Shown: piece by piece, positions 58,828-64,000 of the stretch
How positions within the stretch are numbered: the stretch's first letter is position 1
How the letters are laid out: each line of letters starts with the position of its first letter
DNA from: Oligoflexales bacterium
GTDB lineage: Bacteria > Bdellovibrionota_B > Oligoflexia > Oligoflexales > CAIYRB01
Length of the DNA: 64,000 bases
Reading direction: 5' to 3'
Assembly (NCBI GenBank): GCA_041736175.1
Contig: JBGSUI010000075.1
Location: 8,536 to 72,535 of the forward strand
Notes under the pieces: generated by a model
What the model saw: the letters and a program-made list of their open reading frames with translations, nothing else
Told to the model about the DNA's origin: nothing
Databases searched by the model: none
Position numbers and translations under genes: made by a program

Positions 58828-60837
58828 ATGCCTTCTTTTAACTCCGGTGAAAAACCACCAAAGCAGATCCTCGGTCACGAAAAACACAATATTATCGGAG
58901 AGCTGTCTGATGCGTTAGTGCGCCATAGGTTTCTCTACGAAAAAGGCGTCCCAGAGATCTCCGATCATGAATTCGATGCCCTCGAAGAAAAACTCCGCAC
59001 CCTCGACCCACACCATCCCGCACTGAGTTACATTGGTCCCGCACCAGGTCGTGATAACCCCAAAGTACCCCATGACGAACCCATGCTTAGCCTCAATAAA
59101 ACCTACGTCATCGAGGATCTCCTCGCCTGGGTCGGTGACCACGCCAGCGTGGGCATGCTTAAAATCGATGGGGTGAGCCTGGCTCTGATCTACCAAGACG
59201 GCAAACTGCAGATCGCAAAGACACGGGGCAATGGCCAATGGGGCGAAGATGTCACCCAAAAAGCCGTCTGGGTGAGCGGCATCCCTAGCCACCTTTCAGG
59301 AGAAACAGGAGGGACCATCGAGATTCGGGGAGAAATCGGTTGCACCGAGTCCCAGTTTGCCAAACTGTCCCATCAAATGGCGGAACTCGGCTTAGAAAAA
59401 CCGTCCAGCCCACGCAATATCGTCGCCGGACTCCTGGGGCGCAAAACATACTTTGAATTAGCCAGGTATTTCACATTTTTTGCCTTCGGTGCCTTTAGAA
59501 AAATCCCCACACCCGTAAAAGAGACTACCTTAGCCGAAAGCATCCAGGATTTTTCCACCGAATGGGAGCAGTTTCAGTGGCTTCAAGACCAAGGTTTCAG
59601 GGTCCCTGATCCAGAGTTGATCACCAATCCCCAAGGTATCAATCTCTATCTTGAAAAAACCCTTAAAAAAATCGATGAGGACGAAATCCCCCTCGATGGG
59701 GCCGTCTTCGCCTACAATGACCGCGCCCTCCATCGCCAACTTGGAAATACGGCCCACCATCCCCGCAGCAAGCTTTCCTTTAAATGGCAAGGACAAACCG
59801 CCATCGCCAAGGTTCAGCGGGTCGAATGGGCGACGTCGCGGCTTGGGGTGGTGACGCCTGTGGCTGTGATCGAACCCGTTTATCTCAGTGGAGCGACCAT
59901 CTCCAATGTAACCCTCCATAACGCTGCCTATGTGCAAAACTATGATATCAAGCCAGGGGACAGCATCGAGATCGTTAGGTCAGGTGAGGTGATTCCGAAG
60001 TTTTTAAGAATCGTTGAGGCAACTCCTGGAAAGGCTACGATCCCCACCAACTGTCCTTCGTGTCAGAGCGCCCTGGAGTTTGACGAGGTTAGACTCCGCT
60101 GCAAAAACCTCCTCAACTGTCCCGCACAACAATTGGGGATTCTTTTAAATTGGGTCCAGACCGTGGAGATCGACGACCTATCAGAAAAGCGTATGATCCA
60201 GTTATTAGAAAAAGGTTTAGTCCATACGCCTGCCGATCTCTATGATCTCACGATCGACAAACTCCTCAGCCTCCCCCAAACAAAAGAAAAGCTAGCCACA
60301 AAGCTTTATCAAAACATCCAAAAAACCAAAACCCTACCCCTGGTCCGATTTCTGAACGGCCTCGGCATCGAAGGGATGGGGGCTACGACTTGGGAAAAGC
60401 TCTTAGAACACTTTCCGAGCCTCGATCGCTTGCGCGCCCTCAGACCCGAAGACGTCGCCCAAATCCATGGCTTCGCCGAAAAATCGGCCCATGATCTGGT
60501 CAAGGGTCTAAGGGATCGAGCCGCCCTTTTGGATGAGCTGTTATCAAAAAACCTGGTTTTTGAAACTCCTAAGCCCTCTAAAAAGACTCTTTCTGGGGTC
60601 ACTGACAAAACCTTTGTGATCACCGGTTCCCTCAGCCAGCCCCGTGAGCAGATCGCTGCGGCTATCAAAGCGGGTGGGGGCAAGGTGTCGGGAAGTGTGT
60701 CCAAAACCACCTTTGCTGTGGTCACGAATGATACGGACACCAACTCCAGCAAGCTGAAAAAAGCCAAAGAGCTAGGGATCCAAATCATCGACGAAGCCCA
60801 ACTCCAAAAACTTCTGAGTCCAGTTTCACAATCTTAG
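58828..60837 (+). CDS. ligA: NAD-dependent DNA ligase
   Basis: PMLSLNK, KIDG, TRGNG, TLHN, RSGEVIP, C4 zinc finger, BRCT (VITG...GSVSK). Confidence 0.96.
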   Translation: MPSFNSGEKPPKQILGHEKHNIIGELSDALVRHRFLYEKGVPEISDHEFDALEEKLRTLDPHHPALSYIGPAPGRDNPKVPHDEPMLSLNKTYVIEDLLAWVGDHASVGMLKIDGVSLALIYQDGKLQIAKTRGNGQWGEDVTQKAVWVSGIPSHLSGETGGTIEIRGEIGCTESQFAKLSHQMAELGLEKPSSPRNIVAGLLGRKTYFELARYFTFFAFGAFRKIPTPVKETTLAESIQDFSTEWEQFQWLQDQGFRVPDPELITNPQGINLYLEKTLKKIDEDEIPLDGAVFAYNDRALHRQLGNTAHHPRSKLSFKWQGQTAIAKVQRVEWATSRLGVVTPVAVIEPVYLSGATISNVTLHNAAYVQNYDIKPGDSIEIVRSGEVIPKFLRIVEATPGKATIPTNCPSCQSALEFDEVRLRCKNLLNCPAQQLGILLNWVQTVEIDDLSEKRMIQLLEKGLVHTPADLYDLTIDKLLSLPQTKEKLATKLYQNIQKTKTLPLVRFLNGLGIEGMGATTWEKLLEHFPSLDRLRALRPEDVAQIHGFAEKSAHDLVKGLRDRAALLDELLSKNLVFETPKPSKKTLSGVTDKTFVITGSLSQPREQIAAAIKAGGGKVSGSVSKTTFAVVTNDTDTNSSKLKKAKELGIQIIDEAQLQKLLSPVSQS

Positions 60838-60853
60838 GCACCCTGAGGACTCT

Positions 60854-61564
60854 ATGCTAATAAATTTTGCCCATCCCCTTATCAAAGCGACCCTCGTGAA
60901 ACGCTATAAACGTTTTTTCGCTGATGCTATTTTAGAATCCGGAGAGGAGGTGACAGCCCATTGTCCCAACACCGGCAGTATGAAAACCTGTGGTGCTCCT
61001 GGAGATACCATCTATCTTTTACACCAACCCTCACCGACCCGAAAGCTGGCCTATACCTGGGAACTGACCCAAGTGGCTCAAGGCTTTGTCGGCGTCCATA
61101 CGGCACGGCCCAACCAGCTTATCAAAGCAGCTATAGGCCAGGGACTCCTTCCGGCGCTCAGTGGCTATCAAGACCTCAAAAGCGAGGTCAAGTATGGCAA
61201 GGACTCTCGTATAGACCTTTTGCTTTCAGATCCCATAAAGGGGAGCTGTTATGTGGAAATCAAAAACACCACCCTCCTCCAAGACTCCTTGATTCTATTT
61301 CCCGATGCTGTCACCTCCCGTGGGTTAAAACACCTTGGCGAGCTCGAACAACAAGTCAAGGAGGGGCACCGAGCCGTGATGTTTTATCTCGTCAACCGAC
61401 CAGAAGGCGAAAAATTTGCCCCTGCAGACCATATTGATCCTGCGTACGCTAAGGGGTTTAAACACGCCCTTGCCCATGGTGTAGAGGTCTTAGCCTACAG
61501 AGCCCATCACTCTCTCTTGGGGATCAATTTAGGCAAACCTGTCGAGGTGCTAAATCTTGGTTAG
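60854..61564 (+). CDS. sfsA: SfsA family DNA/RNA nuclease
   Basis: KRYKRFFAD, AHCPNTGSM, SRIDLLL, YVEIK, FPDAVTSRGLKHL. Confidence 0.95.
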   Translation: MLINFAHPLIKATLVKRYKRFFADAILESGEEVTAHCPNTGSMKTCGAPGDTIYLLHQPSPTRKLAYTWELTQVAQGFVGVHTARPNQLIKAAIGQGLLPALSGYQDLKSEVKYGKDSRIDLLLSDPIKGSCYVEIKNTTLLQDSLILFPDAVTSRGLKHLGELEQQVKEGHRAVMFYLVNRPEGEKFAPADHIDPAYAKGFKHALAHGVEVLAYRAHHSLLGINLGKPVEVLNLG

Positions 61565-61607
61565 GCCCTCAAAGTATATTTATGATAGGCTTCCAAAGAG
61601 GTAAACG

Positions 61608-62021
61608 ATGACAAATATAAGTCTCTGGCAAGACTACTTCCATCGGGCCAATATACGAAGGCAAACTTTGACTGTTTTGATGGTTCATCAGGGTTTTGCT
61701 GATGTTGTTAGAGAATCACAAGAATTGGTGGAGCTTCTCTTAAAGGGTCTTTTACGGCGAGCCGGTATCGATCCCCCAAAATGGCATGACGTCGGTAAGA
61801 TTCTTGAGGAACAACAGCACATATTACCGCCTGAAATCGTCATCCATCTCCAGCGCATCATGCAGCTTTCATCGCGTTTAAGGAAAGAAAGAGAAATAAG
61901 CTTTTATGGAGATGATGACTTTATCCCCTCCGAGCAATACAAGGAGGCTGATGCCCAATGGTGCATCAACGAAGTCGATTGGTTACTACAGCTCCTTTCT
62001 GGATTACAAGTTAAGGGTTAG
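61608..62021 (+). CDS. HEPN domain protein
   Basis: VVRESQELVELLLKGLL...PPKWHDV, LRKEREISFYG. Confidence 0.85.
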   Translation: MTNISLWQDYFHRANIRRQTLTVLMVHQGFADVVRESQELVELLLKGLLRRAGIDPPKWHDVGKILEEQQHILPPEIVIHLQRIMQLSSRLRKEREISFYGDDDFIPSEQYKEADAQWCINEVDWLLQLLSGLQVKG

Positions 62022-62024
62022 AGG

Positions 62025-62522
62025 ATGGAAAGTCCAAATTCTATCTTGGATTCAGTGCTCAACAACTATGTGGAGCATCTCAAAGAATTACGGGAAAGTT
62101 TGGTGTGCTGCATACAGTTTGGATCGACTGTTCGTGGTTCACTCAAACGAGAAACAGATATTGATTTGTTTCTCGTCTTTAAAACACTCCCTGAAAGCAG
62201 AATACAACGTTCCATAATCGTCGAAGAAATTGAGTCCAAATGTTACGCAGAGCTCAAAAAAAGCCTCCCGTCGGATTACAACATTTGTTTCTCCTCCATC
62301 CTCCGCACCTTGGATGAAAGCTCAAAATTTTCTGTTCTTTACCTTGATATGGTTGATCATTCTAAAATCATATACGATCCTGACGGCTATGCATCCTCAT
62401 TAATCGCTAAAGCTGGCCAATGGATTAAAGATTCCGGGGCCTATAGGGTCGAAAAAGGGCTAAAATGGTACTGGGTCTTCAAAGATATCACTTGGGATAA
62501 CGAGCAAAAAATCGGGTGGTAA
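62025..62522 (+). CDS. Minimal nucleotidyltransferase (MNT) domain protein
   Basis: FGSTVRG...TDIDLFLV (GS-X10-DXD); 3 bp after the HEPN gene. Confidence 0.85.
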   Translation: MESPNSILDSVLNNYVEHLKELRESLVCCIQFGSTVRGSLKRETDIDLFLVFKTLPESRIQRSIIVEEIESKCYAELKKSLPSDYNICFSSILRTLDESSKFSVLYLDMVDHSKIIYDPDGYASSLIAKAGQWIKDSGAYRVEKGLKWYWVFKDITWDNEQKIGW

Positions 62523-62551
62523 CCGTTTTCCGGCAGGCCGGTCACGGCGGA

Positions 62552-63790
62552 CTAAGTCCTTGAGAGAGTCACCACCGTTTCTAGGTGTTCGGTCTGGGGA
62601 AACATATCGATGGGCTGCACGGACTCGATTCTAAAGGACTTTAGTTTAAGGATCTGCCTAAGATCTGAGACCATAGAGTCAGGATTACAAGAAACATAGA
62701 CCAGACGCTCCAGGTTTGGAAGTTGGTCCATCACTAAGGATGCAACGGTTTGTCCCAAGCCTGACCGCGGCGGGTTTAAAATACAGTGGGTCACAGAGTG
62801 TAAGACCGACTTTTTCTGAGTGTGAGGCTGGTGATCCGCAAAAAAACTTTCCACGGTTTGGTGATGTGGCGAGACATGGGTCGAGGAAGGATCGGTTTGT
62901 TGGTAAGCGAGGGCCGCGTTTATAGCAGCTTTATTGGTCTCGACAACCCGAATATGTTTGAAATGGTCTTTTAAGGCAAAGCTAAAGGCACCAAACCCGC
63001 CATAAAGATCTAAAAGAGTAGGTTCACGGGAGTTTAGCTCGTCGCCCCTGTTAGACACTGTTACAGCATCGCAGACGACTTTGATAAGGGATTCTGTCAT
63101 GGGTCCGTTGGCCTGAAAAAAGACCGACGGTGTGAGCTGGAAGGTAAACCCCAACTGGGGCAACCCGTAAGCCATAGTCTTTTCTCCCGCCAAAAACTCT
63201 GTCCGGTGGGGAATCACCAAGGATCCAGATTCAGGTGTCAAGCGACCTTCGTACAGGCTCGTCCCCGTTAGATCGATCTGCGCTGCCCAACTTTCAAGAA
63301 GCTCCCGAGGCACGCCGGTATGGGACACCAGTGCCGAAAGGGATTTGTTGTCCGGAGATAGCCGTAGGGTTATAAATTTAAGTTTACCTGGTTGAAATTT
63401 CTTAGATCGCTCATCATAAAAGGCAGCAGGTGCAAACTCTCTATTTTTGCCAAACAACACCTCGAGCGCCCGATTGATCAGGGGGTGGTGCACGGGGCAG
63501 GACGGTATATCGGCAGTTGTCTTGGAATTGCGCTGATAGAGGCCAATGATTTTTCGCCCAAAACGGTCTTCGCTTAGGGTGAGCTTTGTGGAAGTTCGGT
63601 AACCCCAGGCCTGGGTGCTGGCTATGATAGGTTTGATCAATGGTTCAGGAAGCTGCCACCGACTAAAGACCTGGCTGATTTGTTGCTGTTTTTGCCTGAC
63701 CTGCTGAATCATAGGCAGGTTGATCCTGGAGCAGCCAGGACACTCGGTTTTATAGGGGCACTTAACCTTTGTTAGGGACTTATTTTCCAT
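62552..63790 (-). CDS. rlmD: RNA m5U methyltransferase, RlmD/RlmC-like, no TRAM domain
   Basis: CxxxxxCxxC Fe-S motif, FFQAN, DLYGGFG, NPPRSG, YVSCNP, DMFPQTEHLE. Confidence 0.85.
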   Translation of the reverse strand: MENKSLTKVKCPYKTECPGCSRINLPMIQQVRQKQQQISQVFSRWQLPEPLIKPIIASTQAWGYRTSTKLTLSEDRFGRKIIGLYQRNSKTTADIPSCPVHHPLINRALEVLFGKNREFAPAAFYDERSKKFQPGKLKFITLRLSPDNKSLSALVSHTGVPRELLESWAAQIDLTGTSLYEGRLTPESGSLVIPHRTEFLAGEKTMAYGLPQLGFTFQLTPSVFFQANGPMTESLIKVVCDAVTVSNRGDELNSREPTLLDLYGGFGAFSFALKDHFKHIRVVETNKAAINAALAYQQTDPSSTHVSPHHQTVESFFADHQPHTQKKSVLHSVTHCILNPPRSGLGQTVASLVMDQLPNLERLVYVSCNPDSMVSDLRQILKLKSFRIESVQPIDMFPQTEHLETVVTLSRT

Positions 63791-64000
63791 GATCAAACCG
63801 CTTTTTAAAGTCTTTGAGAAGTCCCCGTAAAACTTGGTGGTGACCACCCAGCAAGTTGGAGGATGGGGTGTCCAAATAGGGGGGGTACGAGCCTAAATCC
63901 TATCCTAGGATTTGGACCTAAAATCAGTCTCCCCATCTTTCGGATAGTAGGGGATATTCCCGCGGAGTCCAGAAAGCATTTTAAACTGTTTTGACCCCCA

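Noticed and set aside
63923..64000. Open minus-strand frame entering from the window edge
   Set aside because: Only about 25 codons are visible, not enough to support a CDS.

Overview
This is a gene-dense chromosomal window, probably from a Bdellovibrionota/Oligoflexia-like bacterium. That lineage call is an inference from the MCP hairpin-tip signature, a Glt-type gliding cluster, a GYF_2 membrane protein and repeated FliA-like promoters. In order it holds: the tail of a FAAL-ACP gene, a TetR-controlled TolC/MFP/RND pump, arginase and tgt, a chemosensory operon (cheA-cheW-mcp-cheR/REC/cheB fusion-RR) ending in a long Wzz-like gene, a GYF-domain protein, rpsB-tsf-pyrH-frr-guaC-amidase, a sensor-less sigma54 activator facing GT4-wcaJ, a gltA/B-C-D-E-F-like cluster, ABC1 kinase, rodA, kup, a vWA lipoprotein, a DEAD-box helicase, tsaD-rsmA-rpmF-fabD, a DUF455 di-iron/ATP-grasp fusion preceded by an unannotated 46-aa lipoprotein, clpP, ligA, sfsA, a HEPN-MNT pair and rlmD. 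I saw no rRNA, tRNA, CRISPR array or transposase. The best candidates for something undescribed are the di-iron/ATP-grasp fusion with its micro-lipoprotein, the CheR-REC-CheB fusion operon linked to Wzz, and a putative FliA regulon covering the che, glt and GYF genes. All calls are motif recognition by eye; no searches were run.
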